This document shows positions 45,461 through 55,113 of a DNA stretch of 64,000 bases, one piece after another. The position numbers and the translations under genes are program-made. The DNA comes from an uncultured Solirubrobacterales bacterium. Lineage in GTDB: Bacteria; Actinomycetota; Thermoleophilia; Solirubrobacterales; Solirubrobacteraceae. A model generated the notes under the pieces. The model did no database searches, had not been told where the DNA came from, and saw only the letters and a list, made by a program, of their open reading frames with translations. Each line of letters opens with the position of its first letter. Positions within the stretch are counted from its first letter, which is position 1. The stretch spans positions 2,313,700 through 2,377,699 of the forward strand of contig OY970219.1 in the NCBI GenBank assembly GCA_963713985.1. Direction: 5' to 3'.

Positions 45461-45988
45461 TCAATCGCTCCACCACATCTCGCCATCCTCGTCGGCCGCC
45501 TGCTCGATCTGCTCGAGGGCGAGGTCGGTGCGACGATCCTCGACCATCGTCTGCAGCGCCCCGCCGATCGTCGGGGCCCACACCCGTCGGGCTATCACGA
45601 CATGTCCGAACTCCTCATCGAACTGCTTCCACTCGAGCTCCACCAGCGGCACACGCGAGGGAGGTGCATCGGCGGGCACCGGCGCACCCCATCCATACAG
45701 CGTGATCTGAGCCTGCCAGCCATGCGGGCACAGCTCGCCCATGACCGCCAGGGCCGACCACTGGTCGACCACCGGCTTGGGCCGGCGGGAGCGCCGGCGC
45801 AGGTGCATCCAGATCAGCGTGGTCGCCCCCACCAATGCTGCGATCACCAACAGGACCACGAGCGTTTCGTGTCCGGGCGCATGGGCATTGCCTCCCTGCA
45901 CGCCGCTGGCCATCACCAACCCACCGCCCACGGTACTCATGGCATCCGCATCGATCCGCCGGATCTCGGCCGAGGAAGCAGATGCCAC
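45461..45988 (-). CDS. Hypothetical membrane-anchored protein
   Basis: Hydrophobic segment LVVLLVIAALVGATTLIW followed by MGELCPHGWQAQITLYG...VELEW; start uncertain. Confidence 0.6.
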   Translation of the reverse strand: MASASSAEIRRIDADAMSTVGGGLVMASGVQGGNAHAPGHETLVVLLVIAALVGATTLIWMHLRRRSRRPKPVVDQWSALAVMGELCPHGWQAQITLYGWGAPVPADAPPSRVPLVELEWKQFDEEFGHVVIARRVWAPTIGGALQTMVEDRRTDLALEQIEQAADEDGEMWWSD

Positions 45989-46185
45989 CCGCTTGCGCTC
46001 ATTGTTCTCTCACGGTAGCCGCTCGGCGTGCGCCGCCCGGAGCCACGTCCCCACGCGAAAGCTGCGCCCAATGGCCGAGGCGGCCGGACTCCGGCTCGTG
46101 CGCCGCTTCGGTCTCCCCTGCGCCTGTCACGCGCAATTCCCCGCCGCCTGACTGGGTCCGGGCGAGGTGCCCTAACGTTCTCGAT

Positions 46186-46422
46186 GTGGCAGAGCAGGTC
46201 CCCGCGGTGAGCGATGTGCTCGATGCGATCGAGCGCCGCAACTGGACGCGTCTGCGGCGGCTGCTTCATCCCGAAGTTCACTGGACCACCGCCGTCGAGG
46301 AGCATCTATACGGCGCCGGCGAGGTGATCGCGCGGCTCTCCAACGACCCCCCTCCAGCCCCTCCCTCCTACCACGAGGTACGCGACGGGCTGATGTACCG
46401 CTGGATCGACTGCCCCGGCTGA
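46186..46422 (+). CDS. Small hypothetical protein (SnoaL/NTF2-like start)
   Basis: VAEQVPAVSDVLDAIERRNWTRLRRLLHPEVHW...; GTG lies 7 nt after TAACGT. Confidence 0.6.
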   Translation: MAEQVPAVSDVLDAIERRNWTRLRRLLHPEVHWTTAVEEHLYGAGEVIARLSNDPPPAPPSYHEVRDGLMYRWIDCPG

Positions 46423-46520
46423 GGCCACGCTGGGGAAGCGCAGGACAATGCTGGAGCGCCCCGCCTCGGTCTTTGCAGGGCCTCGTCCTTGGCGCAGCTC
46501 TCGACCTCAGGGTAGGCCTC

Positions 46521-46571
46521 TTGACATGCAGCTAGTTGGTTGCATATAGTTAGGCAACCAAACGGCTGCAT
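46521..46571 (+). promoter_or_regulatory. Sigma70-type promoter with two ArsR-type operators
   Basis: TTGACA (46521)-18 nt-TATAGT (46545); ATGCAGCT-agtt-GGTTGCAT (46526-46545) and AGGCAACC-aaac-GGCTGCAT (46552-46571). Confidence 0.75.
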
Positions 46572-46582
46572 TTTTCAAGGCG

Positions 46583-47449
46583 ATGCTTCTCATCCAGGAC
46601 GACAACACGGACAAGGTCTTCAGAGCGCTGGCCGACCCAAGTCGCCGTCGGCTGCTGGACAGCTTGAACGCCCACGATGGACAGAGTCTGCGTGAGCTTT
46701 GCGCTGAGATGGAGATGGCCCGGCAGTCTGTCAGCAAGCACCTGGCCGTTCTGGAAGCCGCCAACCTCGTGACCGCGGTTTGGCGTGGCCGGGAGAAGCT
46801 TCACCACCTCAACGCCGAGCCGATCAACGCCATCGGCGAGCGCTGGATCAGGCAGTACGACCGTGGGCGAGTGCACGCGCTCGCCGACCTCAAGAGAGCA
46901 CTGGAGGAAACCCCCATGCAGAGACCCGAGTTCGTCTACACGACCTACATCAAGACCACGCCCGAGAAGCTCTGGCAGGCACTGACCGACCCGGCGTTCA
47001 CGCGACGCTACTGGGGCGCCACCTTCGTTTCGGATTGGAAGGCCGGCTCGCCGATGATCTGGGAGTACGGCGGCGTAAGCATTGCCGACCCCGCCCAGGT
47101 CGTGCTCGAGTCAGACCCCTACAGAAGGTTGGCGTACACCTGGCAGACCGTCACACCGGAGTTCGCCAAGACTGTTGGCTTCAGCGACGAGTACTTCGCC
47201 AAGGTGGCCGCCGAGCCTCGATCCAAGGTCAGCTTCGAGATCGAGCCGCATGGAGAAGCGGTGAAGCTGACCGTGATCCATGAGGATTTCGAGCCCGACA
47301 GCGCGATGCTGGAGAGCATCAGCGGAGGCTGGCCGATGATCCTCGCGAGCCTCAAGACCCTGCTGGAGAGCGGCCAGACGCTGTCAGACGGTCCAGAGGT
47401 GCCGCGCAGGCGCGGGCAGGCCGCCCCCAGATCCCGACAAAAATCGTGA
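46583..47449 (+). CDS. ArsR-family regulator fused to an SRPBCC/AHSA1 domain
   Basis: VFRALADPSRRRLLDSL...MARQSVSKHLAVLE.ANLV; then FVYTTYIKTTPEKLWQALTDP...GGWPMILASLKTLLE. Confidence 0.92.
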   Translation: MLLIQDDNTDKVFRALADPSRRRLLDSLNAHDGQSLRELCAEMEMARQSVSKHLAVLEAANLVTAVWRGREKLHHLNAEPINAIGERWIRQYDRGRVHALADLKRALEETPMQRPEFVYTTYIKTTPEKLWQALTDPAFTRRYWGATFVSDWKAGSPMIWEYGGVSIADPAQVVLESDPYRRLAYTWQTVTPEFAKTVGFSDEYFAKVAAEPRSKVSFEIEPHGEAVKLTVIHEDFEPDSAMLESISGGWPMILASLKTLLESGQTLSDGPEVPRRRGQAAPRSRQKS

Positions 47450-47513
47450 AGATCCAGGGGTTCGCCGCGCCGTGCCGGCCGAGTTCGCTTGGCCCAGCAT
47501 CTGCTCCGCAGAA

Positions 47514-47933
47514 TCATCCGCCGCCGCGCAGCACGATCTGTGACTGCGTGACGCGCGCGGCGAGGCGCTGCTCGGCGTCGGTCACGTCGGTCTCGACGAC
47601 GATCACGGAGCGTCCCCTGTGCAGCGGTCGCGAGACGGCCTCGATCGTCCCGGAGCGGATCGCGCGGAGGAAGTTGGTCTTCGACTCGATCGTGGTGGTG
47701 CCCGTGGCGCCAGCGGGCAGGTTGAGCGCGGCGCAGATCCCACCGCCGGTGTCGGCGAGGCCCATGATCGCTCCGCCGTGCAAACCGACTCCCGCGCCTT
47801 CGAGGCCCTCCGACCACTGCAGGCGACAGTGGACCCGATCGGGCGTAGCTGCGAGCAGCTCGATCCCGAGCCTCCTCGCGAAGGGCATCAGCTGGTGCAG
47901 GCTCGGCGTGGTGAGGCCGGTCTCATCGGGCAC
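47514..47933 (-). CDS. PaaI family thioesterase
   Basis: LHGGAIMGLADTGGG, TTIESKTNFLRA, LHRGRSVIVVETDV. Confidence 0.88.
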   Translation of the reverse strand: MPDETGLTTPSLHQLMPFARRLGIELLAATPDRVHCRLQWSEGLEGAGVGLHGGAIMGLADTGGGICAALNLPAGATGTTTIESKTNFLRAIRSGTIEAVSRPLHRGRSVIVVETDVTDAEQRLAARVTQSQIVLRGGG

Positions 47934-47985
47934 CGAAGCAGCATAACCGATAACCGAACGATCTCTATGTAACATTGACTCTGCT

Positions 47986-48675
47986 ATGTCGATGTCCCAG
48001 CCTCCCCCTCCCCCTCCCCCTCAACCGGGGCCGGCGTCCCAGCCTCTGCCGGCGCGTTCGCGGCGCGAGGAGCGAAAGCAGGAGACGCGCGCCGAGCTGA
48101 TCGCGGCGGCGGCCCGGGTGTTCGCTCGGCGTGGCTTTCAGGGCGCCTCGCTGGTGGAGATCGCCCGTGAGGCGGGCTACTCCACCGGCGCCGTCTACTG
48201 GCACTTCCGCGGCAAGGACGACCTCTTCCTCGCGGTCTACGAGGCCGAGGCGGCAGCGAGGGTGCGCGAGATCGAGGGCCTTCGCGAGCGCGCGCACGGC
48301 GAGCTCCCACAGCGTGCCCGTTCCTACGCCGACCAGTTCATGGTGCGTCTGGCGCGCGATCCCGAGTTCCTGGTTCTCTCGCTCGAGTTCCTCGTGCACG
48401 CCTGGCGTAACCCGCCGCTGCGCGAAGCGTTCTCCGATCGCATCGCCTGGGGGCGGCTCGCGGCGACCCGCCTGCTCGAGGATGCGGCGCACGCCGAGGG
48501 GTACGAGCTGCCGATGCCCGCCGAGGATCTCGCGAGTGTGTTGCGGGAGCTGGGCACGGGGTTGGGGATCGCGGTGCTCGCCGACCCCGACGCGATCCCA
48601 GAGCGGCTCTACGGCGACTTCGTGGAGCTCTTCTTCGATCTTCTCGCTCGACGTGGCAGTGAGCGTCCTCAGTGA
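47986..48675 (+). CDS. TetR/AcrR family regulator
   Basis: TRAELIAAAARVFARRGFQGASLVEIAREAGYSTGAVYWHFRGKDDL. Confidence 0.93.
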   Translation: MSMSQPPPPPPPQPGPASQPLPARSRREERKQETRAELIAAAARVFARRGFQGASLVEIAREAGYSTGAVYWHFRGKDDLFLAVYEAEAAARVREIEGLRERAHGELPQRARSYADQFMVRLARDPEFLVLSLEFLVHAWRNPPLREAFSDRIAWGRLAATRLLEDAAHAEGYELPMPAEDLASVLRELGTGLGIAVLADPDAIPERLYGDFVELFFDLLARRGSERPQ

Positions 48676-49391
48676 GCGCGACTGATCAGAGCGTGGCGGC
48701 GGGCGACCCCTACACCGCGCCGGACTTCCGCACGGCGGCGCTCATCACGATCGACGTGCAGCGCGACGTGCTCGACGGCGGCACGTTCGAGATCCCGGGC
48801 ACCTCTGCGGCGCTCGGGTCGATGCGCATGCTCCTGCGCGCGTTTCGCGATGCAGGGCGCCCGGTCGTGCACGTCGTGCGTCTCTATCGACCCGATGGGA
48901 CCAACGCCGACCTGTGCCGCCGCCGGGCGGTGGAGAGCGGGATGCGGGCGCTGACCGCAGATGCTCCCGGTTCGCAGCTCGCGCGTGAGCTGTTGCCGGA
49001 GCCCGGGCTCGAACTGGACGCGGGGCTGCTGCTCCATGGGGGCGTCCAGCGTCTCGGCCCGGGTGAGGTTGTGATCTACAAGGCGCGCTGGGGCGCGTTC
49101 TATGTCACGCCGCTCGAGGATCACCTGCGCGGGCAGGAGGTCACAACGCTCGTCTTCTGTGGCTGCAACTTCCCCAACTGCCCGCGCACGTCGATCTATG
49201 AGGCCAGCGAGCGCGACTTCAGGATTGTGCTCGCGACCGACGCGATCTCCGGGTTGTACGAGCGTGGGGAGCGCGAGCTCGCCGCGATCGGAGTCAACCT
49301 GATGCGCGCCCACGATGTAGTCGACGCGCTCGCCCGCGCCGACACGGCCACTCTGGCCGAGCGGCACGAGCGGGAGAACACGGACAGATGA
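48672..49391 (+). CDS. Isochorismatase-like cysteine hydrolase
   Basis: ALITIDVQRD, IYKARWGAFY.TPL, GCNFPNCPRTSIYEASERDF; GTGA overlap with the TetR stop. Confidence 0.9.
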   Translation: MSATDQSVAAGDPYTAPDFRTAALITIDVQRDVLDGGTFEIPGTSAALGSMRMLLRAFRDAGRPVVHVVRLYRPDGTNADLCRRRAVESGMRALTADAPGSQLARELLPEPGLELDAGLLLHGGVQRLGPGEVVIYKARWGAFYVTPLEDHLRGQEVTTLVFCGCNFPNCPRTSIYEASERDFRIVLATDAISGLYERGERELAAIGVNLMRAHDVVDALARADTATLAERHERENTDR

Positions 49392-49510
49392 GTCTCACGG
49401 ACACACGGCCGATCGGCAGATCCATGAGCCAATCAGGGGCATAACGAAGCATCGAGCCGCTCTCGGGTTGACATCGTGCTGCTCCTGGCCGTCAGTCAAC
49501 AGCCGGTCGT

Positions 49511-50377
49511 TTATCCCATCGCTTTCATGGTGGTCATCGAGCTGGGCGAGCCTGGAACGACGAACCCCGGCACGTCGTGCGGCACGACGAGGATCGCGAG
49601 TGCGAGCACAACGAGGCAACCAGCCGTCGCCACCTTTGCCGCGCGTCCCCACGGTCCGACCTTTTCGAGCGCCACGAGCCCCGCGATCAGCGCCATCCAG
49701 GTGAGGCTCATAACGCCGAGCGCGAACAGCGCGGCCATCAGCGCCCATGAGCATCCCAAGCACCAGCCGCCATTGCGCAGGCCCATCACAAATGCCCCCA
49801 ACCGGTCCTCTCGCCACGTCGCGTGCAGGAACCGCAACGGGCTTCGGCACCGCGTGAGGAAAGCGCGCTTGAACGGCGTCAGCTGATACAGCGCAGCGAG
49901 CACCAGCACACCCGCTGCAAGCCAGCGCCCGCCGCTGTGCCACGCCAGGGCGCCTGAGAACAGACCCTTGCCGAGCTCGAACAGCCCGTAGGCCGCGACT
50001 CCCGCGGCGCTCCAGACGAGCAGGTAGCCGGCGGCGAACAAGACCACCCGGCTGGGCTCACGACGCACCAACGCCGTATAAACGGCGGCCGTCGGCGCAA
50101 GCGAAGGCAGCATCATCGCCGCCATCATCACCGCCCACACCCCCGTGAACCAGCCGAGCGCGCCGAGGGAGCTCCCCGGCCCAGCGTCCATCCCCGCCAT
50201 CCGGTCGACCGTCGAGAACCACGCCAGGCCAGCCACGGCCAGCAACACCGCGACGATCCCCAGCTCGGTGCGCATCACCGTGAGCGAGGCGGCGAGCCCG
50301 TCTTGCTCAGAATCGCCCCTGAAGCTCTGGATGGCGCCAACGACGACAGTCTTCCTTCCCGAGAAGTCACTCATCAT
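49511..50377 (-). CDS. DUF2182 predicted metal-binding membrane protein
   Basis: WAVMMAAMMLPS, YQLTPFKRAFLTRCRSP, CLGCSWALM, GVMSLTWM...EK. Confidence 0.88.
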   Translation of the reverse strand: MMSDFSGRKTVVVGAIQSFRGDSEQDGLAASLTVMRTELGIVAVLLAVAGLAWFSTVDRMAGMDAGPGSSLGALGWFTGVWAVMMAAMMLPSLAPTAAVYTALVRREPSRVVLFAAGYLLVWSAAGVAAYGLFELGKGLFSGALAWHSGGRWLAAGVLVLAALYQLTPFKRAFLTRCRSPLRFLHATWREDRLGAFVMGLRNGGWCLGCSWALMAALFALGVMSLTWMALIAGLVALEKVGPWGRAAKVATAGCLVVLALAILVVPHDVPGFVVPGSPSSMTTMKAMG

Positions 50378-50409
50378 TGTCCCCTTTTCTCTGGGTCGCC
50401 GACCTTTCA

Positions 50410-51141
50410 CTAACTGTCGTACTCGTCATGGCGGCGGATCCACATCGGCTCCGAGCCCTGCTCGTCGCGGCCTCGTGGCGTGCGGTCGAGCAGGCCGTAG
50501 TAGGTCATCGCGGGCTCGAGGCCGCGCGCACTCGTCACGTACGTCCGGTAGACGACGCCATCCGACAGCGCGTACACGCTCAGACCCGGCCCCTCGGCGA
50601 CGTAACCGCCCGCATCGGTCCCGCACATGCGCGCGTTCTGCTCGACGGTGACCGGGATATCCCCTTCCAGGAACGGTTTCAGCTCCTCCCGCGTGTTCAG
50701 GAAGCCGATGTCGCGGTTGAAGTCGCTGCCGGCGCTCGAGACCCAGTCGATACCCCAGCCCATCCGCTCTTTGAAGGCGAGCAGCTGCCCGATCGGCGCG
50801 CGCGAGGCGAGCAGCAGCGCGGTGTCCTTGGCCTTCAGATGGGCGACCTGGGGATCGAGCGTGTCCGCGATCGAGGAGCACACCGGGCAGCCCGCCGACC
50901 AGTCCGGCCCGAACATGAAGTGGTAGACAAGAAGCTGGGCGTGGCCGTCGAACAGGTCGGCGAGGGTCTTCGTGCCGCCGCTGGTCTCGAACAGGTAGTC
51001 CTGCTCGACCGGGACCCACGGCAGCTCGCGCCGCTTCCTGGCCAGCTCGTCGCTGCGGCGGGTGAGCTCCTTCTCCTGTGCCAGCAACTCATTGCGCTGT
51101 GCCTGCCACTCCTCCTGCGTGCCGATCCGGTGCTCTGTCAT
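50410..51141 (-). CDS. DUF899 thioredoxin-like protein
   Basis: EKELTRRSDELARKRRELPW, LADLFDG, HFMFGP, GCPVCS, SRAP, WVSS, RTYVTSARG, LLDRTPRGR. Confidence 0.9.
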   Translation of the reverse strand: MTEHRIGTQEEWQAQRNELLAQEKELTRRSDELARKRRELPWVPVEQDYLFETSGGTKTLADLFDGHAQLLVYHFMFGPDWSAGCPVCSSIADTLDPQVAHLKAKDTALLLASRAPIGQLLAFKERMGWGIDWVSSAGSDFNRDIGFLNTREELKPFLEGDIPVTVEQNARMCGTDAGGYVAEGPGLSVYALSDGVVYRTYVTSARGLEPAMTYYGLLDRTPRGRDEQGSEPMWIRRHDEYDS

Positions 51142-51191
51142 CGCCCGTCTCCTTCTCGTGGTTGTGAATGTCGTTTGCCGTGAACAGTCTC

Positions 51192-51238
51192 GTGTGCTCG
51201 CGCCAGCGATGAGGTCTCCTTCGGTGGCGCGAGCACGC
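51192..51238. other. Strong stem-loop upstream of the DUF899 gene
   Basis: GTGCTCGCGCCA (51194-51205) pairs perfectly with TGGCGCGAGCAC (51225-51236); 19-nt loop. Confidence 0.6.
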
Positions 51239-51476
51239 AATCAACGAGGACCCGGAGAGGTTGTCATGTCCTCCTTGACTCACACGCCGACGGGCTCTGG
51301 CAGGAGCGCTGTGTTCTGGCGCTCAAACGCCTTGGCGAAGCCACTGCGCCAGCCGTCGGCCATCGAGGGGAAACTCCTCCAGAGCGCCAGATGGGCGCAA
51401 CTTGTCGGCGCGCAAACTGTGTGCTGATGGCGGCGCCAGCCGTTGCGATCGACTGAGAGAACCGAATCATCTTTGT

Positions 51477-51498
51477 GTAGCACGTTTTGTGCTACGCT
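51477..51498 (+). promoter_or_regulatory. TA autoregulatory operator overlapping the -10
   Basis: GTAGCAC-gtttt-GTGCTAC inverted repeat (51477-51495); TACGCT (51493-51498) lies 7 nt before ATG 51506. Confidence 0.7.
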
Positions 51499-51505
51499 AG
51501 GCCGC

Positions 51506-51751
51506 ATGAGCCGCTCCCTTCATGTGCGTTTGGACGACAGCTCGGCCGCAGCACTAAGCATCATCCGCAATGACGGTCTCAGCGATTCCGAGGCGGTGCG
51601 TACTGCGCTGCGCGAGACTGCGGCAAGGCGGCGAGCTCGCTCCGTCATTGCAGCTGAGGTTAGACGGCTTGCAGGTGATGAGGACGATCGAGCGGAGATG
51701 CGAGCGATCCGCGAGCAGATGGCGGAATTGGCGCCCGAGCCCACTGACTGA
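51506..51751 (+). CDS. Antitoxin (RHH-like) of a MazEF-type pair
   Basis: MSRSLHVRLDDSSAAALSII...SDSEAVRTAL; directly upstream of a PemK/MazF gene. Confidence 0.8.
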   Translation: MSRSLHVRLDDSSAAALSIIRNDGLSDSEAVRTALRETAARRRARSVIAAEVRRLAGDEDDRAEMRAIREQMAELAPEPTD

Positions 51752-51755
51752 GGTG

Positions 51756-52070
51756 GTGCGTGGCGAGATATTTCGCTTGCCCGCGCTACGAGGGACGCGC
51801 GGCAGGGAGCAGCGAGGCGCGCGGTACGCGGTGGTCGTTCAAGCTGACGAGTTCCTGACGCTGAGCACCGTCCTCGTTTCACCGACCTCGACGAGTGCGC
51901 AACCGGCGAGCTTTCGGCCGAGGATCACCGTGGATGGTGCTCACACGCGCATCCTTGTCGAGCAGACGACTGTCGTGGATCCCCAGCGCCTGGGGCGCTC
52001 AGCAGGCCGCCTCGATCCAGATGAGCTGAGCGCTGTGGATGAAGCGCTCGCGCTTGTCTTGGGTCTCTAG
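51756..52070 (+). CDS. mazF: PemK/MazF family toxin
   Basis: RGEIFRL...GREQRGARYAVVVQAD...VLVSPTST...ILVEQTTVVDPQRLG...VDEALALVLGL. Confidence 0.9.
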   Translation: MRGEIFRLPALRGTRGREQRGARYAVVVQADEFLTLSTVLVSPTSTSAQPASFRPRITVDGAHTRILVEQTTVVDPQRLGRSAGRLDPDELSAVDEALALVLGL

Positions 52071-52328
52071 ATCCCGCCGCCGGTGAGTTCTACATCGACT
52101 GGGACCGTGTCGCCGACGAACTCGTCGCGCAAGACATCGTCTGCCAGGGAGAGATGGGACTCGATGCAGTCAACAACTCGTCGGGTCAAGGGCCGTCAGG
52201 AAGGCTTCGATCGGACCCTTGATCGCACGTGCTTTCGGCATCGTCGTGCCAACCTGTTGTTCGTCCCGACGGGTGCTGTGAAGCGTCGTGGCCGAGGCCA
52301 CGCGCTACCCCAGTGCCGGCTAGCCTCG

Positions 52329-53330
52329 CTACTCGGCGGCCGCCATCGTCAACCCAAGCTTGTCCTGTGCCTCGACTAGCAACGCGCCAGCGGCGCGCCC
52401 TAGAGCGGGGTCGCTCTGGTTGCCGAGCTTCTCGCTCGCGGTGAACTGGCCGATCGACGCAAACGTTCCTGCTGCTTTCCAGGGTGCCACGGGCCACGTC
52501 GGGACTTCGCTAGCGACTTGCATGAAGAAGAAGGCGCGTCGCAACCGCCTCCAACGTTCTCGTCGGCCCGCGATCTTTCGTAGCTCGCTCACCTGACTCG
52601 CCATGCTCTCGACGGCGCCTCTCACCGAATCGAAATCCGTCTTGCCGCCGGCGCCAAACTCAAGCAGGCCTGCGTGATAGGCCCGCCGGGCCGACCTCCA
52701 GTCCTCTTGCTGGACAAGGTCGACAGCTTCGCGTAGCAGGTCGAGCTCGCTGAGGGCGGGATCGACTGGCATGAGGAACTCACGACCGACGACTGCGCTC
52801 ACGACGTTTTTAGGGAGGTGGGAGCTTGCCCGCTGCCGTTCCACCAGGTCGGACTTCTCGGTGATTCCCAAGTCGCGCTTCAAGTTATCTAGCGAGGTAT
52901 ACGGACAGACGGCTACCGCTCCAGCGGCCTTGGCTGGCAAGTCAGCCAGAAGTTGCTGGCCGGTCAGGTGGCCAGCGAGGGCTTGCCCGATCAAGTTACC
53001 AGCCACGGCACCGCCCTGCTCATATTGGTCGAATTGCCACGCCCATTCTTCGTGGTGCTCGCGGTCCCATTCAACGGGCTCGGCGACTGGGCGGAGGACC
53101 TCGACGAGCTCCATCAAACGCTGAGGATCCCATTTGTTGCGCTCCCATCGCTCCCATTGCCTCAGGGCAAAGTCGAGATCCTTCCCGGGCGCAGCGCGAT
53201 TGGGGTCTGGCGGTACGGGAATTACGAGCGTGTCGTAAAGGATAACCTCTGCAAGAAACGCTCCTGGACGTGTGTGATCCCACACCGAGAATGTGCCCCA
53301 GAGCTCGTACTTCTGGTCGTGTCCCATCAT
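52329..53330 (-). CDS. Hypothetical protein, lower GC, unknown family
   Basis: 333-aa ORF ELWGTFSVWDH...EVILYDTLVIPVPP; atypical codon usage; no competing gene. Confidence 0.75.
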   Translation of the reverse strand: MMGHDQKYELWGTFSVWDHTRPGAFLAEVILYDTLVIPVPPDPNRAAPGKDLDFALRQWERWERNKWDPQRLMELVEVLRPVAEPVEWDREHHEEWAWQFDQYEQGGAVAGNLIGQALAGHLTGQQLLADLPAKAAGAVAVCPYTSLDNLKRDLGITEKSDLVERQRASSHLPKNVVSAVVGREFLMPVDPALSELDLLREAVDLVQQEDWRSARRAYHAGLLEFGAGGKTDFDSVRGAVESMASQVSELRKIAGRRERWRRLRRAFFFMQVASEVPTWPVAPWKAAGTFASIGQFTASEKLGNQSDPALGRAAGALLVEAQDKLGLTMAAAE

Positions 53331-53599
53331 GATTCGCCGCTCGCAGACGGTGGTGCTCAGCTTCCCAGCCCCAGCGACCAAGCGTACCGCTGTGCGCCCA
53401 TCGACCGGCCTGGCAAGCCTCAGTGAGCGAAGCCTACCCCGCCATCCGGCGGGCGCTGCGGCCGCGCCTACGACAGGCGGTGACGCGCGTCGGTGAAGGC
53501 TCGATCATATATCGAAAGCAAGGGCGGCCGCGCGGCCCGTGCCCCGCTCCAGCATTGGTGGTGGGGCAAAGGCGCAAGGCTGGGCCTCGCCGTCAATTC

Positions 53600-54436
53600 C
53601 TAGCTGCCGTTCCACTCGATCTCAGCTGCCCATTCTGCGAAGGTCATCCAGGTGACCTCGGGGTAGCGCGCTCGTAGCGCGTGCACGTCGATGCTATAGC
53701 CATCGGCGGCGAGGAACGCATACAGTGCGGCGAGGTCTGGACTGCGCTCGCGCAGCTCATCCAGGGGAGTCTCCACGGCGCGAGCGCCGAGGGCGGCGGC
53801 CATCTCTCGTGGGGTCGGAGCATCACCTGCGACCTCGACGCGTCCTGACAGATGCTCCTCGCGGCGATCAAGGATCGCCGCCACGACAGCGCCGACGTCG
53901 CGCAAGCCAACCTGATGCAGAGGCTTCTCCACCGGCAGCGGCAAGGGAAGCAGGCCTTGGAGAATCGCCGCGCGAGACCCGATCACGTTCTCATAGAAGT
54001 AACTGGGTGCCACAACCGTCCAGGGGACGGGAGCGTCGCGTAGTCGCTCCTCGATTCGCGCCTTGCTTTGAAAATGCGGAACATCAGCGCGAGTGGCCGC
54101 GGCCACCGAAGCAAAGATCAGCCACGGAAGGCGCGCCTCGACAGCTGCTCCTATGATCGCCTGACCCTGACGGGCCTCCGCGTCGGCGCCCTCCTCGAAC
54201 GGCGTGGTGATCGCATATGCCACGGCCGCGCCGGACATCGCTCGAGCGAGGGACTGCTGGTCGCGAAGGTCACCGACCACCAGGTGTGCCCCGTTCTTGG
54301 CGAGCGCCTGCGCTCGCTCAGAGTGCGGGTCACGGACCAATACCTGAACGGGAACCGCTCTTGCGAGCAGCTCCTTCGCGACGGCGCCACCGTGAGTACC
54401 GGTCGCACCGAACACAAGTACTGGACCCGGAGTCAC
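53600..54436 (-). CDS. NmrA-like NAD(P)-binding protein
   Basis: VLVFGATGTHGG, VLVRDP, GDLRD, VPHFQSKARIE, VAPSYFYEN. Confidence 0.88.
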   Translation of the reverse strand: MTPGPVLVFGATGTHGGAVAKELLARAVPVQVLVRDPHSERAQALAKNGAHLVVGDLRDQQSLARAMSGAAVAYAITTPFEEGADAEARQGQAIIGAAVEARLPWLIFASVAAATRADVPHFQSKARIEERLRDAPVPWTVVAPSYFYENVIGSRAAILQGLLPLPLPVEKPLHQVGLRDVGAVVAAILDRREEHLSGRVEVAGDAPTPREMAAALGARAVETPLDELRERSPDLAALYAFLAADGYSIDVHALRARYPEVTWMTFAEWAAEIEWNGS

Positions 54437-54687
54437 CTGGCCGCGCCCTGCTCGAGCCAGCGCTCGAACAGCGACACCTGCCCGCTGGGCCACGCACCAT
54501 CACAGGGCATGCTCCCATCCTTCAGTCGTCCCGCGATCGCCTGGCCGTGAGCCACGACGTCGTCGTAGGACCAGAGGTCAAAGGCGCGGCGCATGGCCGC
54601 GCGGTCGCTTTCGCGAAACAGCGGCCTGATGTCCGAGGCAAATCCAACTGGTGAGCCCTCTGCTTGGGAGACCGGTTCGTCTGACAT
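54433..54687 (-). CDS. Small conserved protein (F..DIRPLF...MPCDGAWP motif)
   Basis: 84 aa: GFASDIRPLFRESDRAAMRRAFDLWSYDDV...RLKDGSMPCDGAWP...FERW; cytochrome-c-like helical pattern without CxxCH. Confidence 0.75.
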   Translation of the reverse strand: MSDEPVSQAEGSPVGFASDIRPLFRESDRAAMRRAFDLWSYDDVVAHGQAIAGRLKDGSMPCDGAWPSGQVSLFERWLEQGAAR

Positions 54688-54729
54688 CGATAGACCTCCT
54701 GACCCGCGGCTGACGCCGCGGAACGATGA

Positions 54730-55113
54730 TTATTTGGTGATCGTTCGCGAGCTGATTCTCCACCCGGAGGAAGTGCGGCGAACGCGCTGGCGCACCTCTG
54801 CAGTGCCAGCTACAGGAGAGGAGGACAGCGGTGTGATGAGCAGCAAGATACTAACTACGGAGGGCTCGGGAACGGACTCCTCGATGATGGCGTTGAGCGT
54901 GAGGTGCAGTGTCCCCGGCGCCTCGCCGTCCCAGACGCGGGCGACCGCCCAGGCCAGCGCATCGCGCCCGTTGGCGCTGCCCATGGCGCCCTCCATGACG
55001 GCGTCCTCCGTGAACAGAGCGGCGTAGCCCTCGGCATCTCTGGCCGTTGCGCGAGCGTCCGCTCGCGCAATCAGCTGAAGGATCTCCAGCGAGTCCGATG
55101 CCTCGAGGGTCAC
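54730..55113 (-). CDS. SnoaL/NTF2-like protein
   Basis: LEILQLIARAD...DAEGYAALFTEDAV...GRDAL...HLTLN...GWRISSRTI; GTG 55113. Confidence 0.8.
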   Translation of the reverse strand: MTLEASDSLEILQLIARADARATARDAEGYAALFTEDAVMEGAMGSANGRDALAWAVARVWDGEAPGTLHLTLNAIIEESVPEPSVVSILLLITPLSSSPVAGTAEVRQRVRRTSSGWRISSRTITK

